Positions 37,725 to 51,167 of a DNA stretch of 64,000 nucleotides are shown piece by piece; position 1 is the first letter of the stretch, and each line of letters starts with the position of its first letter. This stretch comes from Octopus bimaculoides. Its lineage: Eukaryota. A program made the position numbers and the translations under genes. The DNA is taken from positions 10,359,215-10,423,214 of the forward strand of contig NC_068993.1 in the NCBI RefSeq assembly GCF_001194135.2, written 5' to 3'. Below the pieces are notes generated by a model. The model saw nothing but the letters and a program-made list of their open reading frames with translations. It was not told the origin of the DNA and did no database searches.

Positions 37725-40499
37725 CTGTAAGACCATGGAGATATTATATATACACAGATATATATATATGTAAATGTTTTATATATATATATATATACAC
37801 AAATACACGCCTTATAAAAATAGTCTAAGGATGTAATAATTAATAAATGGAATACCTAATTTGAAACATAAGTTCCATTAAAAATCTGAATAAAAATTGA
37901 TGGAGACAGCTTGACAAATAATTACTGATGCGTAGTTTACAAGTTAAAAGTTGTAAAGAATTCATTCAAAAATGGATTTTATGAATCTTAAAATATAATT
38001 GAAAGATATGTATGTAAATTTTACAGTTAAATACCACACTTAATTTTTGAAACTTATGACTATATTAAAAATGAAGTTACAAAGAAAAATCGATAGTAAA
38101 AAAAAACAAAAAAAACAAAACAAAGATATTTGGTATATTTTGTAAAAACGAAATTGTAGTTAAAATATAGATGGAAGAGTAAGTAGTAAACACACAAGCT
38201 TGGAAGTTAGCAAAAACTATCTAAAAGAAACTTTTCAAGTCATATTCTTATTAACAGTTCCTAGACGAACTTCAAAAGCAAAAATATTACAATTATAAAG
38301 TCACACTAGCAAAGTTAATTACGAGTTTTGGAAACAAATTTTCTGTTGCTTGATCAATTCTTAAACCATAATCAGAACACAAATTACATTAACTCAATTC
38401 GTAACAACAAAATCTATCCATCAATTATTTTCGAACCAATTTTATTCTAGCTGTAACTTAACCCTTTACTATGTAAGCCAATCATATCTTGCCCAAATAT
38501 TCAACTGGTTTTACACTCAAACTAACCAGATCTGGCCTCTCCACCTACATATAACTAAAACAATTGCAGCGTGGAAGCCGTTTAAAAACACACAAAAAAG
38601 ATTCACTTCAACATTTAAATTTAATTTATCAAAATATTTTTGTCGCTCTGAAACTGCAACCTGATCACTGACAAAATTCCGTGCTCTAATTTTGGCCAGT
38701 AGGGGCAGTTGGTACCAGCAACTTCAGGTTGATGAAATAAAATACTTTGCTTGTACTTATTTTATTGAACCCAAAAAGATGAAAAGAAAACTGATCTTGA
38801 TGGGATTTGAACTCACAATGTAAAGGGCTGGAACAAATACTGCAAAATATTTTCCTGATATTTTCACAATTCTGCCAATCTACTGCTTTTAGCTGAATTA
38901 TAAAATTCATAGTAATAAAAGGAAACTACATTTTCTTCTGAATGAAGTGCTTCCATTTCTTTTTCGAGATACTTAAAGAAAAGAATTGTGTTAATAGCTT
39001 CCAAATTGAACTTAGGGCTTCAGCTAATAACCAACTTTCTAAATCAGTATTTAACATGTGATCTAAACTGATATTTCTGTTGCATAAGAAGTTATTCAGG
39101 TCTTTCTTAGCCTAAAGATTTAAGAGTTAAAAAAAAAATCAATGCAAAAAATATACTACAATAATGATTCTTATCTCAAAGACATTAGTGATCACTTGGT
39201 TAGGTGAAATATTTATAATGAAGAATTGGAATCAGATATCAGATTAAACCGAAGATCTTGGTGCCACTACAATTGCCTATGATGTGAAATGTTAATGCAA
39301 GCTCAAGTGACATTCAGTAAAATCAGTTGCAATAAATTCCAGCATTTATTATGGATATATTATTGATAATAGATAAACAGCTAAATTAATCCCTAAAGAT
39401 TTTTTTTTTAATGCAGAACCATGAGTCAGCAAAGTTAAACATAAACTATTGAGGATCAGCTTTCTAACTTTGAATCAACAAGACTACATAATCATTATCC
39501 CAACGTATGTCTTCCTTCCCATCTTGAAACTTCTCTAAATGAAAACGATCAAGTATTAAAAAGCCAAAAAGATTAACTAAAACAGACAGATTAATAACAG
39601 AGACACACAGAAAAATAAATCTACAGCATACTGAATAATTCAATTCTGCCAATCTACTGCCTTTAGCTGAATTATAACCCTAACCCTAACCCTTTTAAAA
39701 CTAAAGTACAAAATCAACTTTGCTGGAATTCTCTTTTGCCCAGTTTTCTAGTTTAATTTAACTTTCTACTTTCATTGTAGAGTTGTTACAATGAAGTTGT
39801 TGATTAAAGGTTAAATCAATCTGAAGACCAAACTCTCGGTGCAACATGGTCACTAAAAGATTTTCTTTTTTCCTCCATGGACGGTGAAATACAATTTAGA
39901 TTGCAATGTTTAACTACTTAGACTATGGAAATATCTACAAAACATTCCACTAACACAAGAAATTACTGGTACGTATTTCAGTATTAAACTATTTAACATA
40001 TTAATGAACACATTTAAATGATGTAGAATCATCTTTAGCAACTTATAATCACGTGCAATAATATCATCCAAAATGTAAGACCAACACCAATGAATTATGA
40101 CTACTGGGGACTATCATCAATTTAAGAAACACAACAGGGCACCAGGGTTTTTTTCTAATGTCTACTCTACAAAAAATAATTACAAGCTGAGTTTTAATAT
40201 CAATGTATTCTTAAATAACAAAGTTGAAGTCTTACTTTTGCAATCATTAAACTAAAAGATATACACTAAAACTATTCAAACACCATGCATATCATCATCA
40301 ACATCCTAATCATTATAATAATAACTATGGTTAGTAATAATGAGAAAAAGAAATAAAGTACTGAAACAAATGTACAAAAATTTATAAGTGTTAGAGACAG
40401 TATACTCTAAACAGAATCAGAGTCAGAAACAAAACTAATTATTTAAGAGTTAATATCAACTAAAACCACATCTGTTGACACTTCCTAAAACGAACTACA

Positions 40500-43400
40500 A
40501 ACACAGAATAGTTTCCTTCTAGAATAATGCTTTAAAAATTACTCAACTCGAGTAGCTATGCACTGTTGAACAGCAGTAGAGATAAATTTCGGTTGTGGTT
40601 ATGACAACAGAGTTCTTTTCAATAGCCATAAGAATGAGTTATAAACCATCGATAGAGAAATTTCTTAAATGAACACAAACTGCTAAGTTAAACAGAAGAC
40701 AATAACTCAAGCCATGAAGCGGCCTCAAAACAAGAGCAGTTAACAGAGAGAGACTGAAGGTTAAAGTGTTTTAATTTAGAAAATCTCTTCGACAGAACAG
40801 AATTAACTGGCACAAGCGTTGAAGAGTAATTAATTGTTCTCAGCTGAGAATCAAAGAGTCCAGCCATTAATCTGAAGAAATTTCTTTTTAAGAGAAAATA
40901 TTTTGCCAAGAAATACATATTAGTTAAGTCAGCCTAAGAAACATATCCAATAATAATTTTCTCTATTTTTGTAATTTTAATTAATGTACTAAAATAAGGA
41001 TGAGCATGCTGTAGAGCTAATTGAATAAAATCACCCCAAATCAAAAAAAAAAAACAAAAAAGACCTTTTTGGACTCTTTCGTGTCTGAGACATCTACCTC
41101 CACAGATTCCACTTCCTGTTGTAATTATACAGGGGAGTTAGAAAATTTTGTATTAAAAAATTAACATAAAAAAACCCCCAACTGTTTATGTCAATTTATC
41201 AGGTTTTAAATGAAAAATGAAAACCCTCAGTCTGTTTAGTCCATATTCGTCATCATTTTCGTCTTTTAATAAAAATTTATTTTCAAAATTACCAAAGTTT
41301 TCTTTTTCTCCGGTTTCATTTAATATCTTATCAAAAGTTAAGATGATGGGAGTTGTTTGAGAATTACAGGTATGAATTCTGTCATTTGTTTAGAAATTAC
41401 GTAAAATTATATGAGAATGACTTGTATTGGAAGATTTACTTGCTGTATTGCTAGTGAGTATTTCATTGATCTTTTACTAAGAGTAATAAGAAAATTGACT
41501 TCGTTAGATTTGCTGTTTATCACTCTGGAAACTTGAGCAGAAACCCAATGATAGAGAAATGATTAAAATGAGCACTGAAGAAGACAACTTGTGCCATGAA
41601 TCTGCCTGAAAACAAAGGCAGATAACTGAGAAAGACTGAAGGTTAAAACTTTCCAGATTAGAAAATCTCTCCAACAGAACAGAATTTAACTGATACAGGC
41701 CTTGATAAGTAATTAATTTATCAATGGTTATCAGTTCAGAATTAAAACAGGTGTCAATTTAAAGGAGTTTTGAGTTTTTTTTCTTAAAGTGAATATCTTT
41801 TGCCAACAAAAAATGCTTTAGATATAGTTAAGTCAGCCTAAGAAACATAGCCAATAATTCATCTACTACAGTAAAGATCAGCATGCCAGAGAACAAATCG
41901 AATAAAAATCACTCAACAACAAAATCAGAAAAAAACCTTTTTGGATTCTTTCTTCTCAGTTTCTGTAACTTCTACCTCCACTTTTTTCACTTCAACTTCC
42001 TGTCACAATTATACAGGGGAGTTAGAAAACTTTGTTAAATAACAACTAGAAAATTTTAAAATAATATCATCACAAAACTCCAGCTGTTTATGTCAATTTA
42101 TCTCGTTTTAAGTGAAAAATAAAAAGCCTCAAATCTTTTTAATCCATTCCCTTTGTAGTTTTTTACATTTTAATGAAACTTCATTAAAATAAATAAATTA
42201 AAAAATAAGCTTTTTTTTTTTGTTTTTGTTTCATTTAATGTCTCATTAAAATTCAGATTATGGCAGTTGTCTGCAAACTATATAAGTATAGGCTTTGTCA
42301 GTTGCTTACTATATTACTAGCAGACATTCGATTGACTTTTAACTAAAAGAGTGAAAAGAAAATCGACTCTTTTTATCACTCTGGAAACTTGAGCGGAAAC
42401 TCAATGATAGGGAAATGATTAAAATGAGCATTGAAGACGACAAGTTGTGCCATGAATCTGCCTGAAAACAAAGGCAGATAACTGAGAAAGACTGAAAGTT
42501 AAAACTTCCCAGATTAGAAAATCTCTCCAACAGAACAGAATTCAACTGATACAGGTCTTGAAGAGTAATTAATTTATCAATGGTTATCAGTTCAGAATTA
42601 AAACAGGTGTCTATTTAAAGGAGTTTTTTTTTTAAAAGAGATCTTTTGCCAACAAAAAAGGCTTGAGACATACATATTACTTAAGTCAGCCTAAGAAACA
42701 GAGCCAATAATTTTTTTTTTCAGTATTTTTGTAATTTTAATTTATCCACTACAATAAAGATCAGCATGCCACAGAACAAATCAATTAAAATCACCCAACA
42801 AAACAAAACAGAAAAAGACCTTTTCGGGTTCTTTCTTCTCAGTTTCTGTAACTTCTACCTCCACTTTTTTCACTTCAACTTCCTGTTGCAATTATACAGG
42901 GGAGTTAGAACATTTTATCAAATAATAACTAGAAAATTTAAAAAATAATATCATCACAAAACTCCAGCTGTTTATGACAATTTATCTCGCTTTAAGTGAA
43001 AAAAAAAAACAACCTCAAATCCTTTTAATCCATTCCCTTTGTTGTTCTTACATTTTAATAAAACTTCATTAAGATTTATTTAAAAAAAAAGAAGCTTTTT
43101 TTTGTTTCATTTAATGTCTCATTAAACTTCAGATTATGGGAGTTGTCTGCAAACTATAAGCATAGGTTTTATCAGTTGCTTACTATATTACTAGCAGACA
43201 TTCGATTGACTTTTAACTAAAAGAGTGAAAAGAAAATTGACTTAGATTTGCTTTTTATCACTCTGGAAACTGGAGTAGAAACTCAACGATAGGGAAATGA
43301 TTAAAATGAGCATTGAATACGACAACTTGTGCCATGAATCTGCCTGAATACAAAGGCAGATAACTGAGAAAGACTGAAGATTAAAACTTCCCAGATTAGA

Positions 43401-43830
43401 AAATCTCTCCAGCAAAACAGAATTTAACTGGTACAGGTCTTGACAATTAATTTATTAATCAATTAATTAATGGTTCTCACCTGAGAATTAAAACAGGTGT
43501 CAATCTGAAGAAATTTCTTTTCAAGGGAAAATATTTTGTCAATAGAAAAGACCTTAGATATACATATTAGTTAAGTCAGCCTAAGAAACAGAGCCAATAA
43601 TTTTTTCTTCAGTATTTTTGTAATTTTAATTCATCTACTACGATAAAGATCAGCATGCCACAGAGCAAATCGATTAAAATCACCCAACAAAACAAAACAG
43701 AAAAAGACCTTTTCGGGTTCTTTCTTCTCAGTTTCCATAACTTCTACCTCCACTTTTTTCACTTCAACTTCCTGTTGCAATTATACAGGGGAGTTAGAAA
43801 ATTTTATGTTAAAAAAAAAAACAAGAAAAC
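40500..43830. repeat. Tandem array of about 4 diverged ~870-bp units
   Basis: The marker GACTGAA(G/A)..TAAA occurs at 40752, 41634, 42490 and 43372 (spacing 882, 856, 882). aagtcagcctaagaaaca and ttatacaggggagttagaa each occur four times. Confidence 0.92.
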
Positions 43831-44415
43831 CCCCCCAAAAAACACAGATTCAATACATCCCTTTCATCATTATCATCATTTTTATCTCTCTTCCTTAATA
43901 CTTTTTCATAGACAGAATAGAAACCAGAAGTCTTCAATACATCAATGCTTCTACATCAGCTTCAATGCTTGTAGAACTAGAGAGCATTCCTACATGTTCT
44001 ACTGACTGCAGATCCCAATGTGTGGAGGTTTTATTGTTTCAGAAGAGGTAGGCAAGTACATAAATGCATACATACACATATATACAGTCACATATACACT
44101 TACATACACACACACACGAAATACATGTATACCCTCATATGCATGCATGCGTCCATACGTACATATTTAAAGCGTTAAAATCCGGATTAATGATAGAGGA
44201 CATAACTGTATCTGGAGAATGACAGAAACCTGCTAAACAAGCAGTTTTATGTAAGAGGGTATGACCAGGCGTTTAAGTGAATATTTGTTTCTCTTCAATA
44301 CAAGCCTTTAATTAAAGACATCTGATGCTGTCTTGTCAATAAACTGTATCCTGATCACAATGAAAACACAACACAAGACCATAGTTAATAATAAATGAAT
44401 ACAACTTTTGATTTT

Positions 44416-44451
<36 letters not shown>

Positions 44452-46403
44452 TGAAGGCATAGAAGTATCTGAAATTAAAATATTAAAAAAGTATGAATTA
44501 TAATATAAATTAAAATATACTTTCTAGTTAAATTACATAGGAATAAATAATTTTCATTTATCAACAAGAATCTTTAATTATTGATACACAGAAAACATTG
44601 TATTTTCCCTGAAACAGCAATATTAGTAACAATACAAAGTGCAAGAGATCAATAGATTTCAACAATTCCTCNNNNNNNNNNNNNNNNNNNNNNNNNNNNN
44701 NNNNNNNNNNNNNNNNNNNNNNNNNNNNNNNNNNNNNNNNNNNNNNNNNNNNNNNNNNNNNNNNNNNNNNNNNNNNNNNNNNNNNNNNNNNNNNNNNNNN
44801 NNNNNNNNNNNNNNNNNNNNNNNNNNNNNNNNNNNNNNNNNNNNNNNNNNNNNNNNNNNNNNNNNNNNNNNNNNNNNNNNNNNNNNNNNNNNNNNNNNNN
44901 NNNNNNNNNNNNNNNNNNNNNNNNNNNNNNNNNNNNNNNNNNNNNNNNNNNNNNNNNNNNNNNNNNNNNNNNNNNNNNNNNNNNNNNNNCCATTGGACTG
45001 TTGCCATGCTGGGGCACCAGTTTGACAAGTCCAGTCAATCTAATCAACCCCAGTTCTTATTTTAAGTTTGGTATTTATACTATTGGTCGCTTTTTGTTGA
45101 ACCACTGAGTTACAGGAATGTAAACAAACCAATACTGGTTGTGAAGTTTTGAAAGACAAACACACACACAACGAGCTTTTGTGCAGTTTCCGGCTATCAA
45201 AGTCACTCACAAAGCATTGGCCAACCTGGGGGGAGCCACAGTAGAAAACATTTGCCTAAAATGCTGTGCCATGGGACTGAATGCAAAATCATTTGTTTGT
45301 AAAGTGAACGTTTCAACAATGCAGCCATGCCTACAGCTACAAGACACCCAAAGTGCTGCAGACTGGGCCTATAAAAATTATTGGAAAGAAAATTGTGGAA
45401 AACGGGGCTAAAATAAATGCTCTTTGACATCACTACATCTATGAACCTGTAATTTAGTTTTCAGCATTGGTCTTGACATAATTTGCTGTGGAATATGCTT
45501 GGATTATCCTCACTGTCATTGTTTTAGCATCCACTTTTCCAGTTGCTTGGTTCAGATGGAATTTATTGAGGTAGATTTTATACAGTTGGATGCTCTTCCT
45601 ATTGCCAAACTCTTACTTGATTCCCAACTTGGAATACAACTGGATATTTCACTTGCGTTTCATTTAGTTTTTCTCTGCACCCCATCCATAATATCATACT
45701 ATTCAGAGGCCATGTTGACAGTAGGAATAAGTAATCACTGAATGGATTAGAAGAGCTTGTTGATGTGTTTTTCTAATTGTAAGCTTGCTGACCAGGTTGA
45801 TAAGGTACCAGGTAACTAACTGGGAGGTTACAAGTTCAGATCTTGTCAGAGACATGGTATTGTGACAACTACTAAGTTACTTAACACTCAACACCTGAAG
45901 ACATCTTGCTCAGAATGTAACTTAGTAAAAAAATGGCCTTGGGATTCAAGTTGCGTGTTTTCTCAGAAGACTGGGAAAAAGAAGAATTCATCTAAAACAG
46001 AGAAGAAATTTTCAGCAGAGAAAATAGTTTTTTTTACCAGATGCATTCCTTAGTCTGATGCAGGCAGAATGTTATTTTCAATTTTATATAATTGTGATTA
46101 GCTGATGATGATTAGGACATCATCATCAGTAATTAAAAAGAAAATTGAACTAGGATAGAAGAGAATGAGGAAAATTAAAGGGAAACGGTTGTTAGAATAG
46201 GGAAAAAAGCTGCAAGTTAGTAAAGAACCACAAGGATCATTAGTAAGTAATGTACCAGAGGGAAAAGAGGAAATATGTTAGACGTGAACAGGATTGAAGT
46301 TCAAAATCAACCAGCAGAGAAACTGCCAGCACAGAAGATGAGTGGATTGAAAAACCATGCCAAGATATTGAAATTGAGACAGTGGAGGGTTAAAAATAGA
46401 ATG

Positions 46404-46439
<36 letters not shown>

Positions 46440-49255
46440 GAGAGAGAGAGTACAAGACAATAGATGAGATAATGGAAAGAACTCTTGCAAAAATTAAAGA
46501 AGGCTCAAGTTCCAGTTTTCAGTACTTGTGTTAGTGACCAATAGAAAGACACTAAATGATTAGTTCACCAAATAGATTGGAACCAGGAATAATAAATTAG
46601 TGGATAATAAATTTACATTCATGTATAGGTATATATGTATATGTACACATGAATATGCATAAATATACAGATATATGCGTACATAAGTAATTCATGGTTG
46701 CCATTTAGTGAAGGAAAACTAGAGGCAGAGTGGTTGTTTAGTAGTGAACCCAAAAGTTAGAGAGATCAAATGCAATGTAAGTGACAAATTAGAAACCTGT
46801 GTCATTTCTTTTTCAGTTGGAGATGCAGGAGGTGTTTTGCCCTTATCTTTATCTTTTGGATGTTTTCTAAATTTGCCAAATAAGCCAAGTCTTCCTTTCT
46901 CTTTTCCCTAGAGTATTCATAAAAATGGACACAGTGAGATAAGAGTAGGAAATACAATGAAAGGAGATGAAATGGTGAGAGAACGTAGTCATCAGATTCA
47001 TTTTATTGACTCTGAAAGGATTAAAAAGCAAAGTCAACCTTGATGGTATTTGAACTCAGAAATGTAAAGTTGGAAGTAATGCCGCTAAGCATTTTTCCCA
47101 GCACAGTAACAAGTCTGCCAGCTTGTCACCTCAAAACTTCTTGGTATTATAAATGTCCATTCAGACCTTGCCAGATAAGCTGTGGCTTGATCTGGAGGTA
47201 GAGCTACTTAGAGGGGAGACAAAATGGAGAAAAAAAAAAAAAAAAAAAAGTTTTGAAATTGTACTTATCTAGCAAGTGTTTTGATCAACGTCTGTGTATT
47301 GAAAGTGAAACAAGTATATCATTGATGAAAGCATTTTAGCCATGTAAAAATCCACATGAGCTGTAACCTGGTCACAGTTTTACTGCAACTGTTTGAAAGT
47401 TTGCTAAGAGCCAGTTTTCATAGAACTCATCCTTGCTTTCTTTCCCGATAAAGACATATGAGTATTCATGTTGACTGATCTTGGTCTCTTGGTAGTAGTC
47501 GTCACTAGTTACTTGATACTTGCATTAGTAAATTTCACCAGATTCCAGTGTATATTGCATATACACACACGAGAAGTGACTTGTACAGTAGGTGAAAATT
47601 TTGCTGCGGATATACTAGCTTCAATGGTATTAAAGTGGTTGAGAAACATATTTCCCATCCAAGAACAAAGCAGCAGTCCTTCAAACATTTTAGTTCAAGC
47701 ACACTCTCTCTTATAATGTCTCCTTTATATTATATCAGAAGAGAGTTTTTTTGGGGTTTTTTTTTGTATTTATGAAGTATAACTGTTGTTTAATGAAGGC
47801 TCCAGAGGAATGACTGCTAGTGCCAGGGATGCAGCACAAGTAAATCCAAATTCAAACAAAACCCTCATCAATTGACCTAAAATTTGTCGACAGCGTGTCT
47901 TCATGGTATCTATGAATGAATCAGTAATTCAACAATTCTATGAAGCCAATTATGTTTATTATTGTGTAAGTAGTTAATACACTCAAATAGCAGCTACTAC
48001 AATCTATACACATGTGAATTAGCTACTGACCTCATAATGATCAGCTAAGACTGGCCCTTCAATGTTTTTTTGAATAGTTAGGGTTAATGTTAAGATTAGA
48101 TTAGAGAATGGATGTTCAGTCATGATAGAACAACTTTGATATATTTAATGGTTTGTCACTGAATGATCAAGACAAATACTCAAAGAACAGCAATTACAAT
48201 AAACCAGGACATAAAAATGTTTTGCAAAAGTGTTTCATGGTCAGTGCAGTTATAAAGATTTTGCTTTTTTTTTGCTCATAGAAATAAACAAAATACCAAA
48301 AATATAAATGTTGCCAGAAATATTTTTTTGCCAATGGTGCTGCAACCAAAATAAATTAATGGCTGTGATGATGGACAGCTAGTGCACTTGAATTTTATCA
48401 GAAACAACATTTTTCTTCCAAATGGTAAATGTTTATAAATATAAATAAACATCATCCTCATTGTTCTTACATCTGTTTTTTTTCCATACTGACATGAGTA
48501 AGATGAAATTTATTGACATAGCATTTTACAGTCAGATCCTTTTCCTGTCACCAGACTAACCTTATTTTCAATCCACTGTTCTTCAGAGGCCAAGCTAGAG
48601 GGCACGACAACACTGTCATTTAAATGGTGTTGAGTAAGAGACACATGGAAAGTAAACATTTATATTCACGACAGGTTTTTGAACATTTTCTCACAATCAA
48701 TTTTATTCAAAAGGCATTAGCCCAGCCCAAGCTGTTCAAGGTGTCATGCAGTGGGATGGAACTCAAAACCATGTGATTACAAAATGAACTCTGAATCCAT
48801 GCAGCCATGCCTACACTAGCAATAAGAATCATTTGCTTTATCTGAATGACCATTTATCTGTGACCAAGTCCAACTGGTCTGATTATTTTTTTTTAACAGA
48901 GAAACCCATGATAACAAAACATGTAATTAAATTACACTATCTAAGTCTCAAAAAATAATCAAAAGCTTGGAGGAATTTAGTACAATAACTGTTTTCACAT
49001 ATTGGAATATATTAAACTGGTGACTGAAACATAAAAGATTCTGACATAACATTAGGATGGAAGATGTAAATGTAATTACAAGCACTTCTAAAACAGTTAG
49101 GTTTTTATATTAGGGAACTTTAAGTGGTCTAAGGTGGTTTGGTATAAAAAGGAGTTAAATGGAATGGGAGTATTTAAACGGAATTGAATAACATTTGTGA
49201 TCCTTTTGTTTTTATTCTTCAGCATCTCTAACAATTCTGTGAAAACATTACCAAC

Positions 49256-49321
49256 CTTCTCTTTCTCAGGACTAATTTCGGGTTCTTCACTAGGTTTCTG
49301 TCCATTCTTAAGGTTGTTACT
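49256..49321 (-). CDS. cora: Variable-region exon SNNLKNGQKPSEEPEISPEKEK
   Basis: tatttttgcag|AGT ... AAG|GTTGGT, 66 nt, phase 0-0. Confidence 0.8.
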
Positions 49322-49373
49322 CTGCAAAAATACAATAATTTTGAAGTGAAAATTGAAATTTTGTTTTAAATTA

Positions 49374-49411
<38 letters not shown>

Positions 49412-49429
49412 AATTATTTGAAAAAAAGT

Positions 49430-49600
49430 TGTGTGGCCATGAGAGCGGCCACCTTCACTTAGTCAGGTGTCACATCGCCAAGTGTTCGGCGAACACTGGT
49501 CCTGCGGCGCCAGACCCCCAGCAACTACCTCACAAGTGTGACTGGTGCAGCCAGGCCTTCCGCTGGGCTGTTGGCCTGTCACAACACCTACGAATTGTAA
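49430..49600 (+). pseudogene. Isolated, truncated C2H2 zinc-finger coding fragment (HKCDWCSQAFRWAVGLSQHLR), probably a retroelement relic
   Basis: GC-rich island with C-x2-C...F...GLSQHLR and no second His. No flanking ORF. Confidence 0.5.
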
Positions 49601-50076
49601 TCTGCTGTCTTGAATCAATACAGTAAAAGTGGAACTTCAATAACCAACTGTTGTCAATAGAGTGTACTAGGTGCTTTTTACATGGCACATGAACATTTTG
49701 TCTATGTCTTTTCAGGAATGCCAAACCACAGGATGTAAGGTGGATGGGAGACACAAGCATGACAACACGGTCACTTAAATAGTATCAGGCAAAACCACAG
49801 AGTAAATAAACACTCTTGCACACATCTTTTATCATTTTCACATTGACCAGTCCAAGTGCTCAAGGTAGTCATTATGGGAATGGATAAATTTGATAATAAA
49901 AAAACAAAAACTGGTCTTATACTCTAAAGTAATCCACAAATTGCTTATCCATACAAATATTTTCTTCATCTTTCAGTCCTAAATTAACCATGTAGTTATT
50001 TTTTTATATTGCAGGAGCTGTTTAATATGAGGAATTTGAGATGAAACTTTTTGCTAACAACAGCTGGCTGATAACA

Positions 50077-50294
50077 TTAACCCTTTTGTTACCATATTTC
50101 TGTTGAGATACTCTGTGTTTTTTTCAATTAATTTTAAATATAACAAAGAAATTAGTAAAATAACTTAGCTAGGGTTAGGAACATAAATTGTGACTAAGGT
50201 CTGGTGGAAGATTTTAATTCAGAACTTTTGAAAACAAGACATTTGTACTCAGAGCCAAAGGCGGTTTCAGCTGGGTCAGTATTGAAAGGGTTAA
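50077..50294. mobile_element. piggyBac-like MITE
   Basis: TTAA-CCCTTT ... AAAGGG-TTAA, inverted sibling of 21309-21537. Confidence 0.85.
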
Positions 50295-50790
50295 GCAGAT
50301 AAAGTGTTTGGGATCCACTAATTTTGATATCAACAGGGATGGCTGTGTGATTAAGAAGCTTGCTTTACAACCATGTGATTTTGGGTTCAGTCCTATCGTG
50401 CAGCAACTAAGGCAAATGTCTTATACTACAGTCCTGACTCAATGTTTTGCGAGTGAATTTAATAGATGGAAACTGAGTGCATGTGTGTGTCTTAGTGTTT
50501 GAGTTTGTCCACAATCCACCACACAATCAGGTTGGTTTGTTTACGTCCCTATAACATAGTAGTCTGGTAAAAGAGTCTGATAGAATAAGTACCAGATTTT
50601 AAAAAAAAAGATACTAGGGCTGATTTGTTCAATTAAACTTTGTGAGGCAGTGCCCCAGCATGGCCACAGTCCAGTAGCTGAAATAAGTAAAGAAAAGAAT
50701 AACTAGTTGATAACATTATCAGTGGTTATAACGAACAGCTTGCTCTGTGTCCAAATTTCAATCAACGCAGAAAAGAATATATATTGTTGA

Positions 50791-51167
50791 GGCGCAATGG
50801 CCCAGTGGTTAGGGCAGCAGACTCGCAGTCATAGGATCGCGGTTTCGATTCCCAGACCGGGCGTTGTGAGTGTTTATTGAGCGAAAACACCTAAAAAGTT
50901 CCACGAGGCTCCGGCAGGGGATGGTGGCGAACCCTGCTGTACTCTTCCACCACAACTTTCTCTCACTCTTACTTCCTGTTTCTGTTGTGCCTGTAATTCA
51001 AAGGGTCAGCCTTGTCACACTGTGTCACGCTGAATATCCCCGAGAACTACGTTAAAGGTACACGTGTCTGTGGAGTGCTCAGCCACTTGCACGTAAATTT
51101 CACGAGCAAGCTGTTCCGTTGATCGGATCAACTGGAACCCTCGACGTCGTAAGCGACGGAGTGCCAC
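50791..51167 (+). mobile_element. Young full-length tRNA(Arg)-derived SINE family C
   Basis: A box TGGCCCAGTGG, B-box-like GGTTTCGATTCC, TCG anticodon-like loop, CpGs retained. TSD TGTTGA at 50785-50790 and 51168-51173. Confidence 0.9.

Noticed and set aside
44561-45047. ORFs spanning N runs (also near 27.6, 59.3 and 62.3 kb)
   Set aside because: Artefacts of assembly gaps, except the FA exon portion of 59301-59951.
50791-50865. tRNA-Arg gene
   Set aside because: The cloverleaf is incomplete and continues into a SINE body with a TSD, so it is a SINE head.
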